49,759 nucleotides of DNA from Octopus bimaculoides (GCF_001194135.2 NC_068991.1:58024655-58074413), one strand, 5' to 3'. Counted from the first letter of the stretch, positions 12,056 to 25,135 are shown. Numbers and translations are program-made. Notes: generated by a model from the letters alone, not told the origin.

Positions 12056-13474
12056 ATTTTTAGTGTATTGATTACTTTATATATTTTTATATATCTATGT
12101 ATTTTTGCTATGCTTCATATATTTAATTTCCTTTCGGAGAAATTCATACATGTTGGGTCTAGGGTTGAATAAATATAAATGTATATGTGAACTTGATTTG
12201 CCTGACATTGATTCTTACTTCTGCATTATTCATTTTAAATCTCCGTCCGACATATATTTCTGGTACACGGATATTATGCAGCTTTATTGAAAGCGTTGCT
12301 TCTATTAATGTTTAAAGCTGCACACACACACACACATACATACACACAGCCATATGTGCGTGATATGGTGATCTGACATTAATATGAGCAGCGCATGACC
12401 TTACAAGTGGTGCTCAGTAAGAATTTTCTTCAGGTTAATTAGCCCATCCCTCTGAATAAGGCTTGTTTAAGGATGATGAATGAGATACACATGTTTCCAG
12501 TTGTAAATTATTCGAACCCCAAAGAATCATTTTCAACAAATGGCTATATTGTATATCAGTTTTATAGATTCTTAAGTCAGTCAGGTTTGGAGGCATGTGC
12601 CATTACACCAAGTTGATGTATTTATCGGAATATTCTGGGGTCCTCCCGTGCGACCCACCGAGTCGATTTCCTGACATTCCCCCTCGTCACGAGATATCTC
12701 CTTATCTGATATGACCACGTGGCATGAGGTCGACATACACGAGCCTTTAATACTGCCAGATCCCCAGTGGAGAGAACACAATAAACAGGGTTTAACTCGG
12801 ATAATCGAGCAAACATGAACTATCAATGTGAACTGGCGCTACGGTAATGTAATAATGGATATACAATATTCGCTTTAAACTGTTTGTACCAATCATATTT
12901 GTCATTTAGCTCTGTTTAATCAGAAAGACAGACAGAGAAGGAGAGAAAGAACGAAGAAGAAAATAAGTTACGTAATGGCGTATGAGTAGATGTAAAAGAA
13001 TACGCTGTGGTATGATGTATCTGCATTGAATAGTAAAGATAGCAAAATGAGATTAGTTTTATCTAAAAATGTAATGCTCTACAATATTTTCAATAGAATT
13101 AAATTCGGTAAAAACTACGTGTACCCATGGCATTTGCATCTGTGTAAGTAACTTTTCACGTTATGTATGTGTGCATGTATGTATGTATGTATATATGTAT
13201 GCATGTAAATATGTATGTATGTATGTATGTGTGAATACAGGTATGATTCTATGTATGTATGAATGAATGTATGAATCTTTTGCGCATGTGTAAACACACA
13301 CACACACACACACACATAAGACGTAGGACAAAACGCTTAACACCATTTAATACCGGCTGTTTACCTCCTCAGAATACCTTGTGAGGTTGATAAAATTATA
13401 CCAGTGTAGTACTCGAGGCGCCGAGTTCGATTTACGCCTTCACTGAAATATTAAACAATAATTACTGGTCTGAG

Positions 13475-13762
13475 TTAGACTGCAGCTATACCTGGACATC
13501 GCTCTGAAGAATTTTTAGGCGAATGAACCGATCCATCTTTTAAGCCTGGCAGTTATTCTATCGGTTTCTATTGCCGAGCTGCCAGGATACGCAGATGAAA
13601 ACACACCAACATCGCTTGTCAAGCGGTGGTGTGAACACACACACATGCTTCGACCTTTCAGTTTGCGTCTATGAAATCCGCTCAAAAGGCTTCGGTCGTT
13701 TCAAGACTATAGCAGTAGGAGACATGTGGTTTGGAAGCAAACTTCTTACCACACAGCCACGA
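13475..13762 (-). mobile_element. SINE family A, old copy
   Basis: Ends cttaccacacagccac (reverse complement of the head); the middle matches 16842-17210. Confidence 0.7.
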
Positions 13763-14280
13763 CAGGGGTTATAATATGTGTAATAATATTTCAAATTACG
13801 TGGTGTATGTTAATATTACATAAACTTGTCATGGAAATTATCTTATATTTATATTATGACAATTATCTTCGAATAATTTAATGGCTGGTAAGAGAAGATA
13901 ATGTTCCTGTAATTAAAAATATTGCTCAGTCTCTAATTTCATCAATAAAAACGGACACATACCAACGCCCGATCTATTCAACACCGTGATTTTATTTTAG
14001 TAACCTGTAATTGTTTCTTGAACTTTATATTAGTCATTCGAGAATGTTCTCTAAGTGTATTAAGTGGAATATCGAAACGATGTTGGCGTACATCTCTCCG
14101 TAGAATTAATATCGCTGTTTGTTTAAGAAGTACTTGGTTCACAAGCATGTGGTTTAGAGTTCGATTCTCATCCTCATTCTCTCTCGTACTGCTACCAGAA
14201 ACAACGAGGAAGCAACACAGTGATTATAGATCGTTCGTGAATCGAAACAACGTGGAACACCTCCGTCATATAATATATAC

Positions 14281-14312
<32 letters not shown>

Positions 14313-15024
14313 ATGCGTGTGTACACACGCACACACACACAGACACACATACATATGTATCTTTATCTTTTACTTCTTTCAATCATTAGAGTGCTAAGCT
14401 GGAACCATGTTTGAGCACCGTCTTGAATTTTTGCTCCAATTGACCCTAATAGATATTAGTGTTTAAAGCCTTATTCTTATATTATCAATCAGTTTGCTGC
14501 ACCACATGGACCTCTGAATACACCAACACCGGTGTGCGCGCGCGCGTGTGTGAGAGAGTGAGTGTATGAATTCAGATTAGTTAACATACTGTTTATGACA
14601 TATTTGTCCTTCTAAAGGCAAGCTCACAGAACTCACCGTGGAGAAAATATCTCGCGTTTGCTAAAAGATGTAAAAGTACTATATCTGTTCAATAACACCT
14701 CTTAGCGAACTTCCAGTAACAGATGCCAAAGAAAGCTTCCTCAGTAACAGATACCAAAGGAAGAAAACTTGTGTGTATTTTAAAGCCGTAACTTTGTCTT
14801 AAAACAGAATTACGCTCGCGTCCCGCTAGGTCGGAATAAATATAATGTATCAGCGGCAAGTAATGATGAAGAATAAACGAAATTTAGTTTAGTTCAAATA
14901 TGTTTGTTACCTATTTCAACTTCTAAGGGAAATTTCCCAGCAGTCACCGAGAAGAAAAGTTATCACTAATTGTAAAAGCGTTAGGTTATGTGGAGCATTA
15001 GAATGTCCAATTTAAGGTGGTGAC

Positions 15025-15200
15025 CTGACGGGGCAAAATGCTTAGCGTTATTTTATCCGTCTTTACATTCTAAGTTCAAATCCAGCCAAGGTTGACTTTG
15101 CCTTTTATCCTTTCGGGGTCGATAAAATAAGCATGAGTTGAACAACTTATCCCCTCCTCTAAGTTGCTTGACTTGTGCCAAAATTTGAAATCAATATGGC
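15025..15200 (+). mobile_element. SINE family C, diverged
   Basis: aaatgcttagcg...gttcaaatcc...gactttgccttttatcctttcggggtcgataaaataag. Confidence 0.75.
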
Positions 15201-15724
15201 AGTGTCTATAATTTTCCGTCTTTTTGCAGACGGTCGATTGGGATTAGAATGAAATTAGATTGATATTTCTAGAGAGTTATATGCCAACCTACAATATTAG
15301 TTATTGCCTAATTTATTTCTGTCGATTTGTAATGCTATATGTTTTGGGTGGAAATATCGTTAGACTAATTCGGCTGAATTTTTTGTTTCGGAAAAAAAAA
15401 ATCATCAAATGTGGAGAGATTAATCTTCAACAACAGAAAATTAATTCATTATTTATGAATGAAAATATCTCAGGGTATGAAATATGAAATCTAACTTTCA
15501 AGTATGAATAAATTGGGAGCCGACAAAAATAATAGCTTTATATCGACTGTAGATTGCTTAGACACACTGGTAAGAGAGAAAATCTTCCAATCGGATCAAA
15601 TGCTCCTCTAACCAGAAACTAGAGAAAGAAATATTGAAAATTCCGAATATTTTGGAAGGAGTATCAAGAAATAATGGATCATCTAGTTTCTAATTGCCCC
15701 CCCCCCTTTTTTTAGTATTAGTCC

Positions 15725-16200
15725 TTCCTTCATTTTCGACGATGACCAAGGATATCACATGGGAGAAGGCGGAGATCGTTCTGTAAGGCCACTGAAGCTG
15801 ATGTCTACTTGGAAGGCTCTGCCGCAGGTAGGGCACTGGTATTCTGTTGGGATTGAAGGCAAGGAGTCGGTTCTAAACTCGCGTAGTTTGTGTTTACTTT
15901 GTGCCCCTGTAATCTTGCTGAGTACGTAGGAGTTATGGCCAATGTACGAGCACTGTTGATGCGCATTTGCCAAAGAGAGAGGTCTTGTTTTTGTGTTTCC
16001 CATGCGTTGGGTTTGATTTCAAAGCTCGTCAGTGTGGCTCTGATTGCGACATTTAAACGCTTTTTTCTATGCACCCCGCATACAATTGATTTCCACCAAT
16101 TCGCAGTAAAACAGTCGCTTGGGGAATTGAATGTCAGGCATTAGAACAAAGTCGCCTGCCGCCTGCCGCCTTGATACTCTCTCCTCAGCATTGTTATCGA
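15725..16200 (-). mobile_element. 3' fragment of an RTE (BovB-like) LINE
   Basis: The minus strand gives AGDFVLMPDIQFPKRLFYCELVE...KKRLN..IRATLTSFEIKPNAWETQKQDLSLW...EYQCPTCGRAF. The 3' end ggtcatcgtcgaaaatgaaggaaggac resembles RTE tails. Confidence 0.8.
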
Positions 16201-16841
16201 AGATCATTGTAAACAGTCATATAATCTTATTATATAAAATACTGGGTTGAAAAACTCCCTTTTGGATAGAAATGGTCAAACGCTGCCCTATAAACACATC
16301 AGGTGTTCTCTCACTGTAGCAAAGGAGCATTTCGTATTACTTTAATCGATTTTAGAAGCTTTATTCTTACCAGCGAAAATATTATGTTCATGACGTCTCA
16401 GGAATTTTATAAACTTTCGAGAGAACGTGAATTAATTGCCTTTTGGAATAGTTTCTCAAAACATATTACAAACAGCTCTAAATGCAGCATATAAATCTTG
16501 TGTTGAAAACCAGTTTGAAATAGAAAAGGACAGAGCTTTATAGCCGGAAATACATAGAGACATATTTCAGTCAACATATCATACGGCAGTTAAAATTGAT
16601 GGGAACGCAGGAAAGAGTAATGTTCAGTTCGTGATGGTTTTTAACTGCACTGAACTTGTAAACTGTGACGACTTCATGAGAAACATAGTTTTCATCGGGT
16701 CACAACACTTCACATAGCATATCAATTGAAACAAAGAACGTATGAACACCATTAAAAGCACTCATGATGAGGCCACACACGCATATATATGAATGCATGT
16801 GTGTAGGTATGCAAGTGTGTATATATGCATATATGCGTGCG

Positions 16842-16990
16842 TTCTTTGTAAGCCTAGTACTTATTCTCTCGGTCTCTTTTGCCACCGAACCGCTAAGTTA
16901 CGGGGACCTAAACACACCAGCATCGGTTGTTAAGCGTTGTTGTGGGGGGTGGGGGCAAACACAGACACACAAACATACACACGCACATAC

Positions 16991-17051
<61 letters not shown>

Positions 17052-17210
17052 TACGACGGCTTCTTTGAGTTTCCGTCTACCAAATCCACTCACAAGGCTT
17101 TGGTCGACCCGAGGCTATAGTAGAAGACACTTGCCCAAGGTGCCACGCAGTGAGACTGAACCCAGAACCAAGAGGTTCGTAAGCAAGCTACTTACCACAC
17201 AGCCACTCCT
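16842..17210 (-). mobile_element. SINE family A, well-preserved copy with internal (CA)n/(TA)n
   Basis: The head reads ggagtggctgtgtggtaagtagcttgc...ggttctgggttcagtc on the minus strand, followed by CORE-like ttgggcaagtgtcttct. The microsatellite sits between two conserved blocks. Confidence 0.85.
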
Positions 17211-17651
17211 ACGACTTATATATATGTATAGCCTTATATATTTTCCACATCCTTTTCCTCATGTAGCATTACAGCTTCCACTTTTTCGTCTTCTTAACTA
17301 AGACGGTACGATCAGGTTTCTGTAATATTAGGTGGCTTATTCTTTGCTTTCCAATGACCCTACTGTTTTTTCTCTTGCTGAATCGATGGAAATTGTAGTT
17401 TAAATGTAGGTGAAGTAGTTACTATTTCCATCGAGTGAGACAACTATCAGTATCCCTACAATTAAAAACACAATATCCCACATATATAATATTACGTTAC
17501 CATATTGTGAGGCTATTGATGTAGCATATATATATGAGGTAGATCTATCTGTCTGTTTATTTCTCTTATATTTTCCTATTTTACATCTTCAGAGATATTG
17601 CTCATCCAAGAGAGTAATGCGAGATATTTGGTAAGTTCAAATTGATCTCTC

Positions 17652-17707
<56 letters not shown>

Positions 17708-19303
17708 TCGCTCTTTCTCCTTATCCGTTTTTCTTTCTGATTAAACGAAACTAAATGACAAACATGTTTGGTGCAAACAGTTTAAAGGTTAGATTCTATA
17801 AGTAATTTATAGTTTCTCAGGTCAGTCTCGTATGTGTTGATGCGCCGTTGCATTGTGTTGTTGCATTCAACATTTGTCGGTATATCCCCAGCATAGGGCC
17901 AATTTCCCACTTTCTCTGATGTTTATATATTCCTCTTTGGTCCATCGCAGGATTATTCATCAGCTAAATTGACTAGAGCAAAGTGAAGATAAAGTGCTTT
18001 ACTTGAGAACAGAACGCATCCCGCAGTCCAGTAATCAATGCAACAACCTTACGAGAAGCAGTCTAAAACTCTCAAAACTAAGCTATCCGCCTCCATAAAG
18101 GTGACTTCTTAGTAACTAAAAATTCATTAATTCAGCTATAAATCGTTGGTAAGATTCGATGGGAAACACAAGTAGCTACATGAGGATGAATTAAATTCTG
18201 TGAGCTAGTCAGTTGTGTTTCGGTAACATAGATTGATATATATACGTTCGATCCATTATAATGCTTCTTGTTTCACTTTTTAATCTAAGCGACACAATCT
18301 AAGTTACAAAAACATGATTAGTTGGAAAACATAAAGCGTACAACGAAGATTTATTGGGATTCCTCTAAATATTTTATTAATTTTAAATGACGTTTTTATT
18401 TCTTTTTGTAAATTTTTGATTCGATTTCTTAGTTTTCTGTCACATTCATTATTTTTTTTTTATTATTACTAGTTTTATTGTTGTTATTCGTCGTTTCTAA
18501 ATTCTCGAAAAATGTATAATTATTTCTAGCGGTATTATCAGATGTTCATATCTCTTCTTCACATATGGTTGGATTCTATAGACAATATAATATAGTGTCA
18601 AAGATATACATATATNNNNNNNNNNNNNNNNNNNNNNNNNNNNNNNNNNNNNNNNNNNNNNNNNNNNNNNNNNNNNNNNNNNNNNNNNNNNNNNNNNNNN
18701 NNNNNNNNNNNNNNNNNNNNNNNNNNNNNNNNNNNNNNNNNNNNNNNNNNNNNNNNNNNNNNNNNNNNNNNNNNNNNNNNNNNNNNNNNNNNNNNNNNNN
18801 NNNNNNNNNNNNNNNNNNNNNNNNNNNNNNNNNNNNNNNNNNNNNNNNNNNNNNNNNNNNNNNNNNNNNNNNNNNNNNNNNNNNNNNNNNNNNNNNNNNN
18901 NNTATATATATATATATATATATAATATATGTATATATATATATATATATATATAATATATGTATATATATATATATAATATATATGTATATATATATAT
19001 AATATATATGTATATTACACACACACACACACAACACACACACATATGGTTACATATAGAGAAGAAAGTAAAGGAATGAAGGATGTGTTTATTATATATG
19101 TATGTACATATGCACACACAGATATACGTGTACGCACCCACTTGTGTTTGTGTGTGCGAATATGCGTTGTGCGTGTGAGTGTTTGCGTTTTATGCGATGC
19201 TGTTTGTCTGTGTATGTTGTCTAGAAGTCATATAGCGACAGCAAGTGAGAGACGTAGAGATTGAGAGAAAGAGAGAGAGAGTTAAAGATAGTGCGAGGAG
19301 AAT

Positions 19304-19395
19304 AGCTAGAGATAGTCAGAGAGGGAGCAGCTGAAGATAGTAAGAGAGATGTAGCTAGAGATAGTAAGAGAAGGGCAGCTAGAGATAGTGAGACG
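19304..19395. repeat. About 24-bp purine-rich minisatellite, 4 copies
   Basis: agctagagatagt-type units start at 19304, 19329, 19353 and 19377. Confidence 0.7.
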
Positions 19396-19774
19396 CAGCG
19401 TGGTGAAGTGAAAGATAGCAACGGTGGGGGAGAACGAAACTAATTAACAAGAAATAAATCAACTGTCTGTAGATAAAATGTCTCCATGTAATTAACAATT
19501 ATCCGAGACTTTTTTGTTTAAGTGTTTTGTATTTATTCAGTGAATGCTTGATAAATTTCGTTTATTTACGTGATTTGATTTTATTATTAATTTCATTTTA
19601 AATATTTATTCAAAATATTGAAAGGTGTTAATAAATAAATATACATGAATAATGCGAACGAAATTCATACAAAAATAAATGTGGTATATTTCATTTTTTT
19701 TTTCTTTCTCTCTCTTCTGAAATAACTCTATAAAATAGGTATTATCTATTTGTTTTAATAATTATTTCTGGAGA

Positions 19775-19945
19775 CACGCCGAATTGAATGCTAAGTAACA
19801 TTTCGTCCGCCTTCACGTTCTGAGTTCAAATGCCACCAATGTCGATTGTGCCTTTCATCTTTTCCGGGTCGATAAAATAAGTACAATCGACACCTCCCTC
19901 CCAGCCCCGACGTTACTGGCCTTGTGCTAATATTTGAAGTCATTA
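19775..19945 (+). mobile_element. SINE family C, diverged
   Basis: gttctgagttcaaatgcc...ctttcatcttttccgggtcgataaaataagtac...ggccttgtgc. Confidence 0.7.
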
Positions 19946-19978
19946 ATTATTTCTCGAGACATTATGGCCGCGCCGTTT

Positions 19979-20342
19979 CTGCTTACGACGTCGAGGGTTC
20001 CAGTTGATCCGATCAACGGAACAGCCTGCTCGTGAAATTAACGTGCAAGTGGCTGAGCACACCACAGACACGTGTACCCTTAACGTAGTTCTCGGGGATA
20101 TTCAGCGTGACACAGTGTGACAAGGCTGACCCTTTGAATTACAGGCACAACAGAAACAGGAAGAGTGAGGGAAAGTTGTGGTGAAAGAGTACAGCAGGGT
20201 TCACCACCATCCCCTGTCGGAGCCTCGTGGCGCTTTAGGTGTTTTCGCTCAATAAAAACTTACAATGCCCGGTCTGGGAATCGAATCCGCGATCCTATGA
20301 ACGCGAGTCCGCTGCCCTAACCACTGGGCAATTGCGCCTCCA
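19979..20342 (-). mobile_element. Young full-length tRNA(Arg)-like-headed SINE (OR-like) with 8-bp TSD
   Basis: The minus-strand head has A box tgcccagtgg and B box ggattcgattcc. TSD cgccgttt at 19971-19978 and 20343-20350. Nearly identical to three other copies in the window. Confidence 0.9.
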
Positions 20343-20694
20343 CGCCGTTTATGTATTGAATTCATATCACTCTAGTATGTTATATCTTTGTTTCTCAATA
20401 TAAATCATTATTTCTTGAGACATTATATTTATGTATTGAATTCATATCATTCTAAAGACTTGTGTTCGTTTCTCACTACTACAATCAGATAACTATAAAT
20501 GACCATTTTGCTCATGCCTGTCTATTAGTGTCTTACCTCAATTTGTTATATATTTATGGATGTCTTTAAGGATGTTCAGTATCAATTCTTCTAGTTCTCT
20601 TGATTGCAATGTGTAGCAAGTTCATACAGGTAATTTCAGCTGCAGTTTTCTTCACACCCAGCGCTGTAATACTAGTCTCAAACTTTTGCCTAAG

Positions 20695-20865
20695 GCCAAA
20701 ATAATTTCAATGCTGGAAGTAAATCAAACACATCGATCGCTCTACTCAGTTGGTACTTATTTTATTTTATCAACTGCTACTTATTAATTCGACCTCAGCG
20801 GCATTTAAACTCGGTATGACGTTAAATATTTTGTGGAGCATGCTAACGATTCTTCCACCACGACG
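20695..20865 (-). mobile_element. SINE family C, diverged
   Basis: tggtacttattt...tcgacctcagcggcatttaaactc...gcatgctaacgattcttccacc. Confidence 0.6.
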
Positions 20866-21145
20866 CCATACACGGCTACATAATACTGGCCACTCTCATG
20901 TTCATTATTAATGATGTACACCATGTTGTTTTCGGTGTCTCTGCATCAAAAGTCAGCTTCAACCTACAGTCATGATCCAGAGACGAACCAGGACAAGTTA
21001 TGCAATGCCAATGCCCCGCAGGTTCAGGAGTGTGGGCGCGGCATGACACAAACAGCACGCAAAAGAAATGCACACACAAATGCATATGCACAAGTATATA
21101 CATATATCTATATATTTATGTGTGTGTATCTATTTATACATACAT

Positions 21146-21535
21146 TGCTGTTGTTGTTGGTACTCCGTCGCTTACGACGTCGAGGGTTCCAGTTGATCCG
21201 ATCAACGGAACAGCCAGCTCGTAAAATTAACATGCAAGTGGCTGAGCACTCCACAGACACGTGTACCCTTAACGTAGCTGTCGAGGATATTCAGCGTGAC
21301 ACAGTGTGACAAGGCTGGCCGTTTGAATTACAGGCACAGCAGAAACAGAAAGTAAGAGTGAGAGAAAGTTGTGGTGGAAGAGTACAGCAGGGTTCGCCAC
21401 CATCCCCTGCCGGAGCCTCGTGGAGCTTTAGGTGTTTTCGCTCAATAAACACTCACAACGCCCGGTCTGGGAATCAAAACCGCGATCCTATGACCGCGAG
21501 TCCGCTACCCTAACCACTGGGCCATTGCGCCTCAC
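21146..21535 (-). mobile_element. Young full-length OR-like SINE with (CAA)n tail
   Basis: Same sequence as 19979-20342. Probable TSD tatacatacat at 21135-21145 and 21536-21546 (low complexity). Confidence 0.9.
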
Positions 21536-21611
21536 TATACATACATGCATACATACACTCGCACATATATGTGTCTGCGTGTGTGTATGTATGTATTATG
21601 TATGTATGTAT

Positions 21612-21936
21612 ACTGGAATTCCGTCGATTGCGACGGCGTGGTTTCCGTTTGATCCGATCAAAGAAAGAGCCTGCTCGTGAAATTAACGTGCAAGTGGCCG
21701 AGCACACCACAGACACATGTATCCTCAACGTAGTTCTCCGGGAGATTCAGCCTGATACAGAAATAACAAGGCTAGTCCTCTCAAATGCAGATACTACTCA
21801 TAGGGAGCAGGTGAGTGAACTGGAGCAACGTGAAATAAAGTGCGTTGCTCAAGGACAAAACGCGGTGCCTGAAATTGAACTCACAACTTTACGATCATAA
21901 GCCGAATACACTAACCAATAACCCACGCGCCTTCAC
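21612..21936 (-). mobile_element. SINE family B (different head and middle, same 3' tail as the OR-like family)
   Basis: The 3' half matches the OR-like tail (gatccgatca...ctcgtgaaattaacgtgcaagtgg). The 5' half is ggagcaacgtgaaataaagtg..ttgctcaaggac...gaactcac...ctaacca. Confidence 0.75.
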
Positions 21937-22025
21937 ACCCTCGTACGAGTGCACGTGTGTGTGTGTGTGTGTGTGTGCGTGTGTGTGTGTGCGTGTGTGT
22001 GTGTGCGTGTGTATGCACAATTTCG

Positions 22026-22221
22026 TTTACTGTTTTCAGTCATTTCGACTGCAGCCATGCTGGAGCACCGCCTTTAGTCGAACAAATCGACCCCAATGCT
22101 TATTTTTTAAATCTATTATTAATTCTGTCGTAATGATTTTGCCGAACCGCTAGGTTACTGGGACGTAACCACACCAACATCGGCTGTCAAGTGATGGTGG
22201 AGGAACAAACCCAGACACATT

Positions 22222-22275
<54 letters not shown>

Positions 22276-22276
22276 C
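22026..22276 (-). mobile_element. SINE family A, 3' half; runs into a gap at its internal microsatellite
   Basis: ttcagtcatt.gactgcagccatgctggagcaccgcctttagtcg...gccgaaccgctaggttac... Confidence 0.85.
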
Positions 22277-22502
22277 NNNNNNNNNNNNNNNNNNNNNNNN
22301 NNNNNNNNNNNNNNNNNNNNNNNNNNNNNNNNNNNNNNNNNNNNNNNNNNNNNNNNNNNNNNNNNNNNNNNNNNNNNNNNNNNNNNNNNNNNNNNNNNNN
22401 NNNNNNNNNNNNNNNNNNNNNNNNNNNNNNNNNNNNNNNNNNNNNNNNNNNNNNNNNNNNNNNNNNNNNNNNNNNNNNNNTTGTGTTTATTCTTGTCTAC
22501 TC

Positions 22503-22889
22503 TAGGCACAAGGCCCGAAATGTGTTTGGGGAGGGGACAGTCGATTAGATTGACTCCAGTACGCAACTAGTACTTAATTTATCGACCCCGAAAGGATGAA
22601 TGGCAAAGATGACATCGGCGGAATTTGAACCCAGAACGTAATGTCAGGCGAAATACCTATTTCTTTATTGCCCACAAGGGGCTAAACATAGAGGGGACAA
22701 ACAAGGACAGACAAGGCGATTAAGTCGATTACATCGACCCCAGTGCGTAACTGGTACTTAATTTATCGACCCCGAAAGGATGAAAGGCAAAGTCGACCTC
22801 GGCGGAATTTGAACTCAGAACGCAGTGGCAGACGAAATACCGCTAAGCATTTCGCCCGGTGTGCTAACGTTTCCGCCAGCTCGCCGCCT
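22503..22889 (-). mobile_element. SINE family C with a nested 184-bp family-C variant copy (22658-22841)
   Basis: Direct repeat cgaaatacc at 22649-22657 and 22833-22841 bounds the insert. The uninterrupted version is at 24915-25110. Confidence 0.85.
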
Positions 22890-24069
22890 CACTTTTGTGT
22901 TTATGGTCGAATGAATATGCCCTTTCATCGTTCTTATTTTTGCTTCTTTTCCTATGTTTTGTTCTTTTGTTATTTGATATTTTGTCTATAAAATGCTAAA
23001 GATATAATTTCGGTTTAGGCATATAATCTGGCATATAATCTATGATTAAACGTTAGTCAATTACTACACTCACCTGATGCGATGAATCTGTCAGTATTGC
23101 TGAGTGATGTTACCCCGTTCACAAAAATTTGATCGGCACGAGGCTATTGGAGAAGAAAATTAACTAAGGTGCCGCGAAGTGGTGGTGAATCATAATTATT
23201 ACAACAGAGCCACGCCTGCGATTATATATATATAGTCAACAAAGAGAAAAATCTAAGGGGAGATAATTTGTAATATATGTATATATACGTGGGAGGTTTT
23301 GGTACCCAAAATGGCAGGTAAGGATTTGTAAGTGCTACGGAATGATTGTAGTTAGACTCCCGGTTCGATAATAATATGAGTAAGGAGTGTTATGCGGGTC
23401 GTATGTGACCATATGTATGTTAAATATAATGAGACAACAAAGCCAAGGGACTTTCCTATATCTCTCCCTTTCCAAAATAACTTCTAACTATTTCCCTACT
23501 ATTTCTCTCTATTCTCACATCTATTCTCTCTAACCTTCTCATATCGCCTCATATCCCTGAAACAGCTGTAAGACTACTTTTCTCTTTATCAATGTCCTAG
23601 AAATTTCACACTGCCTTGGCTTTGTTGTCTCATTCTACTTAACACTAGCAATACATTCTAGCATTGCGCAGCAGGCGTTATAACATACAGCCGGATTGTA
23701 TTATTTGTTTCTTTCTATTGGGTAGAATCGGCACACGAGGAGCGTGAAGCAAACAGCTCTTTTTTTAGAAACATGTTTTCGGTCGTTTTATGATGAACAA
23801 TGATGAAATTGTTTTTCGCCAAAAATATGTAGAATAGCATCTTAGATTAGAATGAAATTATAAAATGCCCCCAAAATGACCTAGATTTACGGATGTAAAG
23901 AATTGGGTGGCGAATGAGAACGCAGATGTATCCGTATTGCAGAGAAAGCTGCTTCATTGTGAAAACACCATTTCTGAAATGTTTGGGCAGACTGAACACT
24001 TCAACATATATTAAGTGAAGCCGACAATGCTTCTGGGTAAACTATAATCTGCGTAAATCCAGTGATACT

Positions 24070-24860
24070 TTTTTACTTGTTTCAGTCATTTGACAGCGGC
24101 CATGCTGGAGCACCACCTTTAGTCGAGCGAATCAATCCCAGGATTTATTCTTTGTAAGCCTAGTACTTATTCTATCGGTCTCTTTTGCCGAACCGCTATG
24201 TTACGGGAATGTAAACACACCAGCATCGGTTGTCNNNNNNNNNNNNNNNNNNNNNNNNNNNNNNNNNNNNNNNNNNNNNNNNNNNNNNNNNNNNNNNNNN
24301 NNNNNNNNNNNNNNNNNNNNNNNNNNNNNNNNNNNNNNNNNNNNNNNNNNNNNNNNNNNNNNNNNNNNNNNNNNNNNNNNNNNNNNNNNNNNNNNNNNNN
24401 NNNNNNNNNNNNNNNNNNNNNNNNNNNNNNNNNNNNNNNNNNNNNNNNNNNNNNNNNNNNNNNNNNNNNNNNNNNNNNNNNNNNNNNNNNNNNNNNNNNN
24501 NNNNNNNNNNNNNNNNNNNNNNNNNNNNNNNNNNNNNNNNNNNNNNNNNNNNNNNNNNNNNNNNNNNNNNNNNNNNNNNNNNNNNNNNNNNNNNNNNNNN
24601 NNNNNNNNNNNNNNNNNNNNNNNNNNNNNNNNNNNNNNNNNNNNNNNNNNNNNNNNNNNNNNNNNNNNNNNNNNNNNNNNNNNNNNNNNNNNNNNNNNNN
24701 NNNNNNNNNNNNNNNNNNNNNNNNNNNNNNNNNNNNNNNNNNNNNNNNNNNNNNNNNNNNNNNNNNNNNNNNNNNNNNNNNNNNNNNNNNNNNNTATATA
24801 TATATATATATATATATATATGCGACAGGCTTCTTTCAGATTCGGTATATCAAATCCACT
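24070..24860 (-). mobile_element. SINE family A spanning gap 24235-24794
   Basis: The 3' block precedes the gap, and (TA)n plus gcgacaggcttctttcag...caaatccact follows it, in consensus order. Confidence 0.8.
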
Positions 24861-24914
24861 GGTCGAAATAAAATCTGTAAGAGAAGAAACGTTTGTGTTT
24901 ATTCTTATCTGCTT

Positions 24915-25110
24915 TAGGCACAAGGCCCGAAATGTGTTTGGGGAAGGGGCCAGTCGATGAGATTGACGCAAGTGGTACTTAATTTATCGTCCCCGAAATG
25001 ATGAATGGCAAAGTCGACATCGGCGGAATTTGAACCCAGAACGTAAAGTCAGGCGAAATACCGCTAAGCATTTCGCCCGGCGTGCTAACGTTTCTACCAG
25101 CTCGCCGCCT
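24915..25110 (-). mobile_element. SINE family C, full-length
   Basis: The minus-strand head reads aggcggcgagctggtagaaacgttagcacgccgggcgaaatgcttagcggtatttcg...gggttcaaattcc. Confidence 0.85.
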
Positions 25111-25135
25111 TACTTTTGTGTGTATAGGAAATAGG

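Noticed and set aside
20876-21060. Protein-like reads on both strands (e.g. CRDTENNMVYIINNEHESGQYYVAVY)
   Set aside because: Short, bounded by stops and SINE sequence, with no consistent splice signals and no recognisable family.
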